Source of the DNA: Chloropicon primus
Taxonomy: Eukaryota
Assembly: GCA_023205875.1 (NCBI GenBank)
Contig: CP060767.1
Coordinates: 124,001 to 188,000, forward strand
Direction of reading: 5' to 3'
Length of the DNA: 64,000 bases
Each line of letters begins with the position of its first letter. The stretch's first letter is position 1. Shown piece by piece: positions 45,344 through 56,440 of the stretch. Under the pieces are notes generated by a model, which was not told the DNA's origin, did not search any database, and saw only the letters and a program-made list of their open reading frames with translations. The position numbers and the translations under genes are program-made.

Positions 45344-46660
45344 TTACGCCGCCGCTTTATACGGTGAGAGCTCCTGACGCAGAACATCAAGGGTGTAGTC
45401 GATCTGATGCTTTTCCTCCTTCAAAAAGTTTTCGACCACCATGCGAAACCTTGGGTCTTTGATGTAATGGGTGCTGTAAGTCAAGGTCGGAAGGTAGCCT
45501 CTCTGAATCTTGTGCTCCCCCTGCGCCCCGGCCTCGACCCTTGAGAGCTTCATCTCGATCGCAGCTTCAACGGCTTGGTAGTAGCAAGTCTCAAAGTGCA
45601 AGTTCTTGACGTGAAACCCCCTTTTGCAGCCCCAGTTCCTGCCGAAGAGCGTGTCCGAGCCCACCAGGTTCAAGGCGCCCGCCACCTTCTCCCCAAAGGC
45701 ATCCTCGACGAAAACGACCATCACTTTGTCTCCTAACGTCTCTCCTATCCGGTGGAAGAACTCGCGATTCAAGTAGGCCTCTCCCCACTTCGCGTCGCAC
45801 GTGTTGAGGTAGAACCCGTAAAACTCGTCCCAATCCTTTGCCTTTATCTCGGATCCAAAAGCACGGGAGATGGTCAAGTCATTCTTCGCCGCGCACTTTC
45901 TCTCCTGCCTAATCGTTTTCCTCTTGGACTGCCTCAGCGTCATGAGAAAGTCATCAAAGGTCTCGTAGCCGTTGTTCTCCCAGTGGTACTGAATCCCACA
46001 GCGCGGGAGGTAGCCCTGGTCCTTGGACAGGTGACTGAGCTCCTCGCGCGTATTGAAAGTGATGTGGAGGCCGCTCACGCCCTCCATCTCATCTGCTATC
46101 GTGACTAAACTGGTTGACAGCATTCCAAGGACCTCCTCTCTCCCTTCCCCTGCCTTGGCGAGCAGCCGGGTTCCCGTCACGGGCGAGAACGGCACACAGC
46201 TCTGCAGCTTTGGATAGTACCGCTTTCCCGTAAGCCTCCCGTAAGCATTGGCCCACGAGTGATCAAACACGTACTCGCCGTAGCTGTGCCCCTTCAAATA
46301 CAGAGGACACACTCCGAGAACCTCTCCACCGCTCCCTTCCCTCGAGAGCACGGCGTGGGATGGCAGCCACCCTGTTTCCCGAGAAGCGCTGCCGGACTCC
46401 TCGAGAGCACTGAGGAACTCGTGGGACAAGAAAGGATTGGTTTGCCCGCTCCCCTCTGCGCAGCGGTTCCACTCCTCGCTGTCCACCTCTGCTATTGAGC
46501 TCACCGTCCTCAGCTCGAGCCTCGACCCTCGTGAAGCCTCCCTTCGATGCCTCTCGGCCTCCATCTTCCTCCCAGCTCCCCCCCTCCTCGACGCCGTACT
46601 GAACGAGCAAGAGAACCCATCAGCATCACCATCACCATCACCAACACCCCCATCAATCAA
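45344..46660 (-). CDS. FemAB-like/DUF482 (COG3146) GNAT acyltransferase; 5' end uncertain, possibly with an upstream exon
   Basis: NPFLSHEFL, YLKGHSYGEYVFDHSWA, YYPKL..VPFSPVTG, LHFETCYYQ, EAGAQGEHKIQRGY. Confidence 0.9.
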   Translation of the reverse strand: MIDGGVGDGDGDADGFSCSFSTASRRGGAGRKMEAERHRREASRGSRLELRTVSSIAEVDSEEWNRCAEGSGQTNPFLSHEFLSALEESGSASRETGWLPSHAVLSREGSGGEVLGVCPLYLKGHSYGEYVFDHSWANAYGRLTGKRYYPKLQSCVPFSPVTGTRLLAKAGEGREEVLGMLSTSLVTIADEMEGVSGLHITFNTREELSHLSKDQGYLPRCGIQYHWENNGYETFDDFLMTLRQSKRKTIRQERKCAAKNDLTISRAFGSEIKAKDWDEFYGFYLNTCDAKWGEAYLNREFFHRIGETLGDKVMVVFVEDAFGEKVAGALNLVGSDTLFGRNWGCKRGFHVKNLHFETCYYQAVEAAIEMKLSRVEAGAQGEHKIQRGYLPTLTYSTHYIKDPRFRMVVENFLKEEKHQIDYTLDVLRQELSPYKAAA

Positions 46661-46889
46661 TCAGAAGCGAAAGCAGAGACAAGTCGACGACGAAGACGAT
46701 AAGAAGAGGACGAGGAGACGAAGACAATGATGATGATGATGTGGAGGAGGAGGATCCCTTACCTTCGCATCGTCGCGCTCCTCGCCGTCATGGAGTCCGC
46801 CATCGCCATCGCCATCGCCATCAATGCTCCATCATCGCCACGTGCGTGATTTATGGACATTTGATGATCAAGGGAGGCCAAGGTGAACG

Positions 46890-47222
46890 AAGAGGTAAGA
46901 CTTGTCTCACTCTTTGACGGCAGAGGCGAGAGTTTCATGACAGGTGAGAGAATTTAGCGGAATAATTGTTTCGTTATCTTTCCAAAGAGCTCTCCCTCGA
47001 ACGATTTGGCGTCCTGGTGAGGTTGGGAGCCTTCCTAGACCTTGAAAACTTTGACACCCAGGAGGAGAGACCAAGAGGTAAGAACTTGTCTCACTCTTTG
47101 GCGGCAGAGGGGAGGGTTTCGTGCCGAGTGGGGGGGACTTCGCGGAAGATCAGTCTCTGTTGTCTCCTTCTCTTTCCACAGAGCTCTCCCTCGAACGATT
47201 GGGTGTCCTGGTGAGGAGTTTT
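46890..47222 (+). repeat. Second copy of the dispersed ~195-bp-period module, with an extra diverged partial unit at 46890-46965
   Basis: TCTTTCCAxAGAGCTCTCCCTCGAACGATTxGGxGTCCTGGTGAGG at ~46977 and ~47171; AGAGGTAAGA.CTTGTCTCACTCTTTG at 46891 and ~47074. Confidence 0.9.
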
Positions 47223-47483
47223 GAGTCCCAAAAGTTTGGTTCTGACTCTCCCCTCCAAGCTTTGGCAGAACTCTGCACGACGAGGGAGCTGGGCGCGTAC
47301 TGGCAGGACGGAGGCAAGAGCGCGAAGAGAGGGATGGCTAAGGCTGGTCGGCGGACGCGATTATGACTGCGGAGGGGTACTTTGAGTGAAAGGCCAAGGC
47401 GGTAGACTCGGTTTCGTTAGGCTGGTGTTGGAAGACCAGAGAACCAAAGGCTGCTGCTGGGGGGACAAGGTGGCAGAGCCACC

Positions 47484-49193
47484 ATGGGGGCAGAGAGCGC
47501 CAAGGGGAATGAGAAGGGCAGCTCCATGCCTATCGACGTCCTTCGAGACATCTTTCGGTTCACCCCAGATAAGGCCGCTCTAAAGCTCGGGATAAGCAAG
47601 CGGACCCTTGAAGAGCGGTGCGTCGAGCTCGGTGTGAAGCACTGGCCGGGCGACGAGAGTGAGAGCGACTCTGAAACGAGTGGCAGCAGTTCGTCGGAGG
47701 AATGTACCGATGCCGAGGACAAGCCCAGCAACAAACGAAAGGGTGTTGGGACGGACATAACTGGTCACGGGGATGGTCCGGAACCAGAGTCACAACGCCC
47801 CCGCGTCCCGAGCAAGGAGGACTTGCTTGATGACAAGGAGAAGGAGGCCAAGATGCATGCCCACGTCAAGAACCTTTTGCCCTTGCTGTTGGGGTTTGAG
47901 ATAGACTTGAAGGAGGAGAGGGCCAGGAGGTTCTCGGAAAGAAAGGGCATCAAAAAGGCGATGGCGGACATCTGCAAGAAGACGTCGGACAAGCGGTTAC
48001 TGGAGGAATTCCAGAACTTCAAGAAGTGCATCTATGCCACGGTGGACATCGCCGACCGCATGCTGGAAGACAAGGACATGGACGAGATACTTCCGGTTCT
48101 GAGTGAGCTTGAAGCGAGGGCGCTCAAGAACGTCGGCGTGAATGAGCCGGCACCGCCCTCGGCGGGAGATCCAAAATACGAGAAGCATGTTGCAGTCCTT
48201 TGCCGGTACATCGATCACAAGATGGCGAAAGAGTTGATCCGGTCGCACAAGACCCTTTCCCAGAATGTGTACAACAACTCGGTCATGATGAGTTACTGGC
48301 TGGCAGGCCTGGGGTACGAAAGGTTGGACCTCTCCAACGGTTTCAAGCAAGGGGTGAAGAAGCTGCAAGGGGAAATCGAGCGCAAGGAGTTGCATGCCAT
48401 GGCTGCGTTTGGCCGCTTGCTGAAGATGCACGGCCTGGAGGCGCCGCCCCACCACTTCAAAAGAGCTGTGTACAATATGGAGGACGACACCGAAGAGGTA
48501 AAGTTCAAAGCTCTCGTGAAATCCTTGTACAATCCTCCCGAGATCGACGAGGGGCGGCCAAGGCACCAGGCCCTGGAGACCAAGGCCGCGCAAAAGCTTG
48601 CGGAGCACGTGAGGAGCATGAGAGACCGGCACGGGACCGATCAAGTGATCGAGTCGGCGAAGAAATACCAGAAGATGGAGACCTCCGACCTCTTTGAGAT
48701 CTTCAAGGAGACGTTTGCGAAATTCAAGAAGGATGGAAGGATGGTGCTGTCCAACCTGCCGACTGTGGAATTGCGGAGCATTGTCAAGCTGGTCGAAGAA
48801 GTGAAAATGAGAATTATGCACCTCGGAGGCCACTTCAAGGGGGAAGGCATGTTTTTCGCAGGCTCGGAACTTCTTGAGCACTACATTCCTGTGCTCACAA
48901 TGAAGCTCGGCCCCAAGGCAGCTCAATTGCTTTTGCGTTTTCACATGATGGATCAGTTCAGCCTCTACGCGCACGCCTCGTCCATGGCAACGTGGCTCGT
49001 GGGCTTGGGCTACAGCAGGGACCACTGGACAAGCTTGTCCGTGGCCATCAAGGAGTTGATGCCGGAGATTGAGAACGGGGTGTTCGATCCGATGCCAACG
49101 TTTGCCCACCTCTTGGAAGTCCATGACCTTCCGTGGCCTCCTCACCACTTCAAGAAGTGCATGTACAGATACAAGTGCGAGGGCTCGGAGTAA
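47484..49193 (+). CDS. Degenerate RWP-RK domain protein with a duplicated C-terminal unknown domain
   Basis: IDVLRDIFRFTPDKAALKLGISKRTLEERCVELGVKHWP; two repeats of WLxGLGY...PPHHFK. Confidence 0.7.
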   Translation: MGAESAKGNEKGSSMPIDVLRDIFRFTPDKAALKLGISKRTLEERCVELGVKHWPGDESESDSETSGSSSSEECTDAEDKPSNKRKGVGTDITGHGDGPEPESQRPRVPSKEDLLDDKEKEAKMHAHVKNLLPLLLGFEIDLKEERARRFSERKGIKKAMADICKKTSDKRLLEEFQNFKKCIYATVDIADRMLEDKDMDEILPVLSELEARALKNVGVNEPAPPSAGDPKYEKHVAVLCRYIDHKMAKELIRSHKTLSQNVYNNSVMMSYWLAGLGYERLDLSNGFKQGVKKLQGEIERKELHAMAAFGRLLKMHGLEAPPHHFKRAVYNMEDDTEEVKFKALVKSLYNPPEIDEGRPRHQALETKAAQKLAEHVRSMRDRHGTDQVIESAKKYQKMETSDLFEIFKETFAKFKKDGRMVLSNLPTVELRSIVKLVEEVKMRIMHLGGHFKGEGMFFAGSELLEHYIPVLTMKLGPKAAQLLLRFHMMDQFSLYAHASSMATWLVGLGYSRDHWTSLSVAIKELMPEIENGVFDPMPTFAHLLEVHDLPWPPHHFKKCMYRYKCEGSE

Positions 49194-49266
49194 ACTTAAA
49201 GTCACCAGGGAATGGTGGCTTGGCTTTGCCCAACGTCAGAAAAGAGAATGAAGGTGTACATGAAAA

Positions 49267-51344
49267 CTAATCACACTTAATGTTCCTATAAATTGTCCTC
49301 ACAAACATTCCCGAGCTCAGGTATCCCACCGCTCCGCACATCAGCGAAAGCGCAAAGCAGAAAATCAGGGTGTAGCCGTAGTAAAAGGAGGCCTGATAAA
49401 GCCCCGTCATCTTTGTCTTGAACACATAGAAATGAATCGAGTAGAGGAACACGTAAATGCCCGTCGACGCACTTGACAGGAAGGACGTCCAGTGCCAGTG
49501 GTAGTTCTCCGCATTCAAGAGGAAGTAGGTGGCCACCACCGAAACGCAGGCCGTGACTATCAACATGATAAGGAACACCAGAAGCATGAACCCGTACACA
49601 TAGTACACCTTGTAGTTCCACATGCTCGTGAATAAAAAGTACATCTCAATGAAGATTGAGCCGAATGGCAGCAGTCCGCCAAGCAAGCTGATCGCAGTCG
49701 GAGTCAGGTACCAGGTCTTGTAAGGCACCGGGCTTGGTATTCTCTTGATTCTGCAGGGGTAATTTGGCACACCGTTCCAGTTCCTGCCTACAATAGTACC
49801 AGCAAGCGACAGGGGGGAGGTCACAAAGAAGAACAGGACCACCAGCATCACAATGTAAAGGAAAGGAATCGCGACCATGCTGTTGTGCGCCCACGCGATG
49901 GTATTCAGGATAAACATAATGGTGAACGCAAAACCAGGAAACAGGGCTGTCGAGAAGATCATTGTCTTGATCCAGTTCTTTCCATCGTTCTGCGAGTAGA
50001 AACTGCCCGAAAAGTACCCACCGACAAAGCTGATCAAGGCCCCCGAAATGATGACCGTGTTCAGGACAGCCCCCTGTTCCATGAACAAAGACCCGCAGAT
50101 GACGGTGACGACAACCACAACCGCCTGCACGCAGAACTGAATTCCTACGCCGTAAACTGCCGAAAGCCACATCAGGTGCCGTGGAGGTCTGAAGACATCC
50201 CCGTGCACCAGCTTCCACCCGTACTCATCATTCACGTCCCTCTCGAGAGAGTCCAGCTCGTCTTCCTTTGCGTACCTCGCGTAGTCCTTCTTCAGCGTCC
50301 TTATGAGGATCATGCTGACAAGGCCGACGAGGAAGATGACCATCATGAACGAGTTGAAGATGGAGAACCAGTGGATCTTGTGCTGGAAGAAGTTGAAGTC
50401 CAAGTACTGCTCAAACCTCCTGTGGAAGCTCTTTGTTGAGCTCTCGTACAACACCTCGTACGTGAAGGTCATCTTCTCATCCTCGCCGGACACCTTCAGA
50501 GGCGTCGGCTCCATCATCGTCAAGTGAACGTGAACGAGCCTGTCGCCATTGTGGCCGATAACAAACTTTTGATGGGTGAAGATGTATGCCTGTCCCTTCT
50601 CCCCTACCTTCCCAACAAAGCCCCAGATCGGTAAGTCGTCGACGAAGAACTCGAACCAATAGTTCTGCTGGATGGCGTCTTCCATCTTTTCCACGTCTCT
50701 CTGGTTCAAGGCTTGCTCACAGTACGTTGTCTTCGGCATGTCCTCCAGAAACTTAAAGTGGTGCAAGTTGCTCTTCACGAGCTCGTTACCCATCAGCACG
50801 TTCCCCAGTGACCCAAACCTACGTTGGAGCTGCTCTCGTCCCTAGTTGACCCAACCAAAGCACACACAGTCAGTCAAGAGAGTCCGTCAGAGTCAGAGCC
50901 CAAGGGCAAGAGCAAGGAACGGGTCAGCATGAAACACTTCGACGCGAGGAGCCAGGCAATCCGGTGACGAGCATTGTGCGAGTCTGCTCTCCTTTGCTCT
51001 GACTCTGATCCGATCCTCAAATGGAAGAGACCAAGCTTCTTGTGAATGGAGACAAACACAAAGCTTCACGTGGCTTTGTGGCATTCATTGGAGAGAGAAA
51101 GAGACAGTGTGCGTGCGTGCGTGTGACTTACCGCTTTGCAGAAGGGCAACGTGAAGTAGTTGAAGGTCTCTTGAGGGTTGTTGTAGGGTCCAACCTTGTT
51201 GGTCCACAACACGACTTCCTCACCGGCGACGTATTTGTGTGTCTGCTCGTCACCAAACGCCGCTTGTGGCGAAAGAGCAAGCAAGGACGAAAAGAGCAAA
51301 GCAAGGACGAGGGAGACGCCATGCTTCCGTCCCCCTCGCACCAT
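49267..51344 (-). CDS. Transmembrane 9 superfamily (EMP70/TM9SF3-like) protein, spliced
   Basis: [48 protein letters not shown]-terminal IYRNIKCD. Confidence 0.95.
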
Positions 51345-51494
51345 GCGTCGCCGCTGTACCCCTCCACGGAACACCTCCATCCTCCCCTTGACCTAAGACC
51401 TCCCTGTCTGATCACGGATCTCCCTCGCTCTCTCCTCGATCGATCATGACATGATGATCATGCCAGGAACTGGAGGTTCAAAAAACCAGGAGGG

Positions 51495-51790
51495 AGGAGG
51501 GGAGGAGCACTTTGGGGTGGTGATCAAAGCGGATCAATGGCGGGGAGAGATCAGGGGGGAACAATGTCGGGTGTATCGTCTCACGATCTTTCGAACGCGG
51601 TCTCGCTTCAAGGAATTGGTGCCATGGAAGGTTCACAACGATCGCGATGGAGCTGATGGATGGAGGAGCTCGAGCTCGGGGGAGGAGGGCTTTGGGGTGG
51701 TGATCAAGGCGGATCAATGGCGGGGAGAGATCAGGGGGGAACAATGTCGGGTGCGTCGTCTCGCGATCTTTCGAACGCGGTCTCGCTCGG
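51495..51790 (+). repeat. Direct repeat, ~110-bp unit at 180-bp spacing
   Basis: TTTGGGGTGGTGATCAAxGCGGATCAATGGCGGGGAGAGATCAGG...GATCTTTCGAACGCGGTCTCGCT occurs twice, offset exactly 180 bp. Confidence 0.92.
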
Positions 51791-51872
51791 CCCCTTGATG
51801 TGTGAAAGAGCTAATGGTACATGACTGTTTACGGTTTTTTTAAAGCGTGACTCGACAAGGATTCTTCTTCAT

Positions 51873-52997
51873 CTAGGAAATAAGAATGTTGAAGAAGTAG
51901 TTGCTTTCCAGCTCCCCGTCCTCAGGGAGGTCGGTGCAATGGATCGCGTTCTGGACTTTGTTCACTCCGAACTGAGCCCTCAGGGACCTGGGCCTCAAGA
52001 CTCTAGCGATCTCCGGGTCAGCGGGGCCGCAGAACTCTCTGAAAGCTTCGACGGGGTTGCCGCCATTTTCGCTGATCTCAATCGCGATGAAGTCCCCGCT
52101 GATGAGCTCGTCCACCATCGAGTTGAACTCCGGCACGACGCCCTTGTAAACCTCGAAGAACTCTCCTGCGTTGGCGCGGTCTAACCTGAAGAGCTCCATG
52201 GCGGTCACGTTGAACTGCTGGAGGATTTGGTCGATGGCGAGCCCCTGGTAGCCAGCGATGAGGGCGCTAGGCTTGATGATGCACAAACAGCAGTTGCTCA
52301 AGTTCGCGCACTGGCCCACCCTGTTGTTGCCGAAGAAGAAGTCGAGCTCCGCCTCGGCGGTCTCGTCCGAGTCGCTTCCGTGGGCGGCGTTCATCGTGTT
52401 GTCCGTTCCAAACTTTGCCCTGATGCTCTCGGGCTTCTCCATCCTCGCAGTCTCGCTGTTGGTGGGGCCGAGGAGGGACCTCCACTTGGCTATGGCGTCC
52501 TCGCCCACGATCTCTATCGCGAGTATTGGCCCGCTCGTCATGAAGTCCACGAGCTTGGAGTAGAATGGTCTCTCCGAGTGGACGGCGTAAAAGTGCGCCG
52601 CCTCCTGCTGGGTGAGCTTGCACATCCTGAGCTGGTTGATCCTCAAGTTGCTCCTCACGATCGCGTTCACGATCTTCCCCGCGTTCAAGAAGGCGTCCGG
52701 CTTGACCATAGCGCACGTCCTCTCCGTCTTCTTCTGCAGCCTGTTCCTCGTGTACGCGTCCGCAAAGTCCACGATAGTCAGCTGCCTCGAGTACACCACA
52801 ATCTTCGCACCGATGTAGAGCATGTCACGCTGAATCCCGTCGTACGGGCAACGCTTCAGGAACGTCCTCTTGTTCTTGATGTCATACATCTCGATCTCCT
52901 TGGTGTCCAGGTAGTAAAAGAACTGGTAGCGCCAGTTCATCGAAGAGTGGTGGTCAAAGTTCTCCACGATGAAAGCATATCTCTCCGCTTGAGCCAT
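51873..52997 (-). CDS. NME7: Nucleoside diphosphate kinase 7 (DM10 + two NDK domains)
   Basis: N-terminal DM10 (IEMYDIKNKRTFLKR), NAAHGSD and NAIHCTD NDK motifs. Confidence 0.92.
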   Translation of the reverse strand: MAQAERYAFIVENFDHHSSMNWRYQFFYYLDTKEIEMYDIKNKRTFLKRCPYDGIQRDMLYIGAKIVVYSRQLTIVDFADAYTRNRLQKKTERTCAMVKPDAFLNAGKIVNAIVRSNLRINQLRMCKLTQQEAAHFYAVHSERPFYSKLVDFMTSGPILAIEIVGEDAIAKWRSLLGPTNSETARMEKPESIRAKFGTDNTMNAAHGSDSDETAEAELDFFFGNNRVGQCANLSNCCLCIIKPSALIAGYQGLAIDQILQQFNVTAMELFRLDRANAGEFFEVYKGVVPEFNSMVDELISGDFIAIEISENGGNPVEAFREFCGPADPEIARVLRPRSLRAQFGVNKVQNAIHCTDLPEDGELESNYFFNILIS

Positions 52998-54170
52998 GAT
53001 TTCTGATTTCTCTCCGATTCTTTCCCTTGCTCTTGCGAAACTTGACAAAGCTTGTTCTTCTTCTTGTTGTTTTTGATCCGAGTCAAAGGATGACTTTGAA
53101 ACTTTGAGGACAGAGGCAAACAAGTTGGTTCACCTTTACTTGGTTGACCGAAGCAATCAAACAAACAAACAAACAAACAAACAATCAATCAACGCAATGT
53201 CTTCTCCCCTTCCTGGTGAAAGCAATGAATGCAAGAGTGGACTCGGGCTCTCTCGTGACGGAACCGCCAAAAGGTTCTTGCACAAATACTCGTGTCAACG
53301 ACGTTTTGTTGTCCTCAAGGCAAAGGCACGAAAGGGAAAAAAGGCTCGGGGCTCGTTTGAGAACCAAAACTTGAGTGAGGCTGCCAATAGTGATGTTTGG
53401 AGCAATGTGTGATGCCAAAGATGCTCCCTCCTCGGGGGCGGTGGTCTTGTCCTCGTCCTCTCTCGTCCTGGCGCACTCGGCTGTTTGATGCGTCTTGCCC
53501 TCCGCAGTCGTTGGTCAATTCCTTGTCAAACGTTCAGTCGTTCAAAGTATTCCACGAAAGACGTACCCTTTCGAGCGGAACAGACTCGCTTCGAATTAAG
53601 ACAATACGATGAACAGGGTAACGTCGTGGAGTGTGAAATGAGAGACCTGCCCTCAAGACGCGTTTAGAGAAGAAAAACAAAAGTTTTTGTTTTCAGAAAA
53701 CGAAAGGACTCGTTTTCAGAGTGTAATCCAAAATCATCCAAAAGCTAAAATCCTTCCCCCAAAGGTTTGGTTTGGGTTTCTGTCCGGTCGAGTGGGCGGC
53801 TTTGAGGACCGATTGGTGGGAGGGGGCGCCTTTGGAAGGTTTAGGAGCAACCAGGATCGAAAGTACGTCTCTCGGGCTTTCCATTGACCCCACGGATGCC
53901 CCAGACTTCGTCGCGAAACATCAGGGTATACGGTTTTCCAGCAGCAGAACTTGGGTGGGCTGGCTTTTGTGGGTTAGCTTGCCGAAGCAAAGGGCAAGGG
54001 GGCGAGAGGAAGGCGGCAGGAGGTGAAGGCGGTCACGGGCCGCGATAGGAAACTGCGCCGATTGGTCCAAGGTTCCATCTTTGAGCCCGTTTCGGCCAAA
54101 CCAAGCCAGGAGGTAGAGAGAATATACTTTGGGGACACAGAGGGAGCTTTCGAGAGATAGGCGAGGGAGT

Positions 54171-55802
54171 ATGGGAGACGAGGGAGTGAAGTACTACAAG
54201 ATTCCGTTGGACGGGACGCCCTCCCTCCTGAATGATAACCTGAGCTCCGCGATCTGCAAGTGCGAGGAGTCTTCTGCCGAGGGGCCGCGGTGTCTCCTGC
54301 TGTACTCGTCGGGGCTGGACTACTACTGGCTGCACACCAAGGCGAGCACGCTGAGGAGCGAGCTCGGTGAGAGCAAGAAGGAGAACCGGTACGATGGCGA
54401 CAACCCCGGAGCCGGGGACGATGGGGCACTGGCCGAGGGTCAGGTCGTCAAGGAGTTCGTCCTGGAGGAGTACGTGGACAACTCTTGGACGAAGAGGAGG
54501 GGCTGCAACTCGGAAGACGAGTCCAAGTCACAACAACTCACGAGCACGAGCTCCCTGCAGAGGCAAAACTCCGCTGGAATTTCCTCGGCGACCCAGTCGG
54601 GGATCATGAGGGTGAGGCAGGCGCGGTTCCACCGAATCACGAGCAGGCACACCGCAGTCGTGGCGTGTGTGTCCAACATGGACGTGTTCGAAGTCGAGTT
54701 CTACTCCCTGTTGCAGACCTCGAGCTGCTCGGACTGGAAGTGCATCCTGCAGACCACCTTCACCCCGGGCTCGCACGATCCAACGGAGGAGTGGAGGACT
54801 TGGAACGCCGGGAAGAAGGGCTTGAGAAGGCCTTGCTACACCCAGGGCTCGTGCGTCGTGTACCAGTTGGAGGAGGGGAGCCTGGAACACGCGGAAGGGG
54901 CCAGCGTCACCACGGCTAATGATGGGAACCTTTCCTTTCTGGACTTGGTGGAGAAGCAAGTGTGCGTTGGATGCTCCAGCGGCGACACCTTTGTGTTCCA
55001 AGTGGTTCGAGAGGGGGACGACGACGTGGAGATCCCGCACCTCGCCACTCTGTCCTCGACAAAGGACTTGAGATCGGGCCCGGCGGTCGGAGCAAAGGTT
55101 AGCCTCACTTCCACGTCCCCCGTGGCCTGCCTTTGCTCTCTTGAGGAGGCTCACCTTGTGCAGTACGCCGCGGGCAAGGCCGGGAGGTTGTCCGATTGCG
55201 TCTGGGCGAACTTGCTCTTCGTCGGGCATGAGGACGGCACAATCGTTCTGTGGATGCTCGAGGAGTCCAAGGCGAGCGTGGTCTGGCGGACGAACGTTTC
55301 GAGCTACCTGGACAGCTTCACGAAGGTGGACGACGCCCTCGTGTCCATGAAGCTGCTGGCGACCACGAACCAGCTGGTCGTCTGCACCTTGAGCGGCCAC
55401 ATGGTCCTCGTGAACTTCGACAGGCTCACAGCGGAGACCAGGGCCACGGTGGCCGAGGATTCCAGGCACCTGCTCAAGCTGCGGGCTTGCCAGGTCTGCG
55501 TCTCGAGCGTCGAGGTGTCGCGAATTCACGCCGGTTGGATCACCGGCGTGGCGATGTCGGTCGTTCCCGGAAGCGGCAAGAATCTCGTGGCCACTTGCGC
55601 CCAAGATGGCACGCTTCACCTCTTCCAAATCCTCCGAGAGGCCGAAGAGGGCGCCACCCACGCCAAGTGCCTCTTCTCGCACTCGATGCAGTTCTACCAG
55701 TTCACGGGCATCTCGTTCCTCCGGTGCGACGACGGGGGCGTGAAGCTCGCCGCTTCGTCGTACGAGGACGGGGACATGACGGTCTTCCACGTGGACCTGT
55801 GA
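54171..55802 (+). CDS. WD40-like beta-propeller protein of unknown function
   Basis: VGHEDGTIVLW, IHAGWITGV, ATCAQDGTLHLF, SSYEDGDMTVF; long intronless ORF. Confidence 0.65.
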   Translation: MGDEGVKYYKIPLDGTPSLLNDNLSSAICKCEESSAEGPRCLLLYSSGLDYYWLHTKASTLRSELGESKKENRYDGDNPGAGDDGALAEGQVVKEFVLEEYVDNSWTKRRGCNSEDESKSQQLTSTSSLQRQNSAGISSATQSGIMRVRQARFHRITSRHTAVVACVSNMDVFEVEFYSLLQTSSCSDWKCILQTTFTPGSHDPTEEWRTWNAGKKGLRRPCYTQGSCVVYQLEEGSLEHAEGASVTTANDGNLSFLDLVEKQVCVGCSSGDTFVFQVVREGDDDVEIPHLATLSSTKDLRSGPAVGAKVSLTSTSPVACLCSLEEAHLVQYAAGKAGRLSDCVWANLLFVGHEDGTIVLWMLEESKASVVWRTNVSSYLDSFTKVDDALVSMKLLATTNQLVVCTLSGHMVLVNFDRLTAETRATVAEDSRHLLKLRACQVCVSSVEVSRIHAGWITGVAMSVVPGSGKNLVATCAQDGTLHLFQILREAEEGATHAKCLFSHSMQFYQFTGISFLRCDDGGVKLAASSYEDGDMTVFHVDL

Positions 55803-55980
55803 GCGGAGCAGCGAGCGAGCGAGGAAGCTCAAAAGGGACCGCGTAAGAAAGCAAGCAAGAAAGAGAAAACCCACTAACTACCTCGTCATCATCATATTAC
55901 ATTCCCCAAAGCCCATGTCACAGCCCCTTACCCCAAAAGCAAAAGCTTTGCGCGCACGGAGCTAGCCGACATCCTTCGAA

Positions 55981-56393
55981 TCACTTGGACACCGCTGGCT
56001 CCACGATCTCCTTCAAGGTCCACCTCTTGGTCTTGCTCGAGGGCCTGGCCGCCTCCACGATAACGACGTCCCCCTCGTTGCAGGCGTTGTCCTCGTCGTG
56101 CGCGTAAAACTTCTTCGTCTTCTTCATCCTCTTCCCGTACTTTGGGTGAGCCACGGTGCGGGTCACGCGAACCACTGCCGTCTTGTCCATCTTCGTGCTC
56201 ACGACAGTTCCCTTGAGTTTCTTGATGATCTTGTCCTCGTCCGATGCCGTGGCGGACATGGCGGAAACTTGTCGCCTCCCCAACCGACCAAACGAACAAG
56301 GCACCACGGACGCCTGCGTCCTCGCGCCACCGACCACCGCGACATGGCTCCCGGGCCTCGCAACCGAGACGCCTCCGCACAACCCAGCCCTGT

Positions 56394-56397
<4 letters not shown>
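55981..56397 (-). CDS. rps17: Organellar (probably plastid) ribosomal protein uS17 with transit peptide
   Basis: [14 protein letters not shown]...HPKYGKR...FYAHDE...GDVV...RPSSKTKRW. Confidence 0.93.

Positions 56398-56440
<43 letters not shown>

Noticed and set aside
45344..46660. FemAB-like gene as recent bacterial HGT or evidence for peptidoglycan
   Set aside because: The family is known in plants and algae, codon style matches the host, and no neighbouring cell-wall genes are present.
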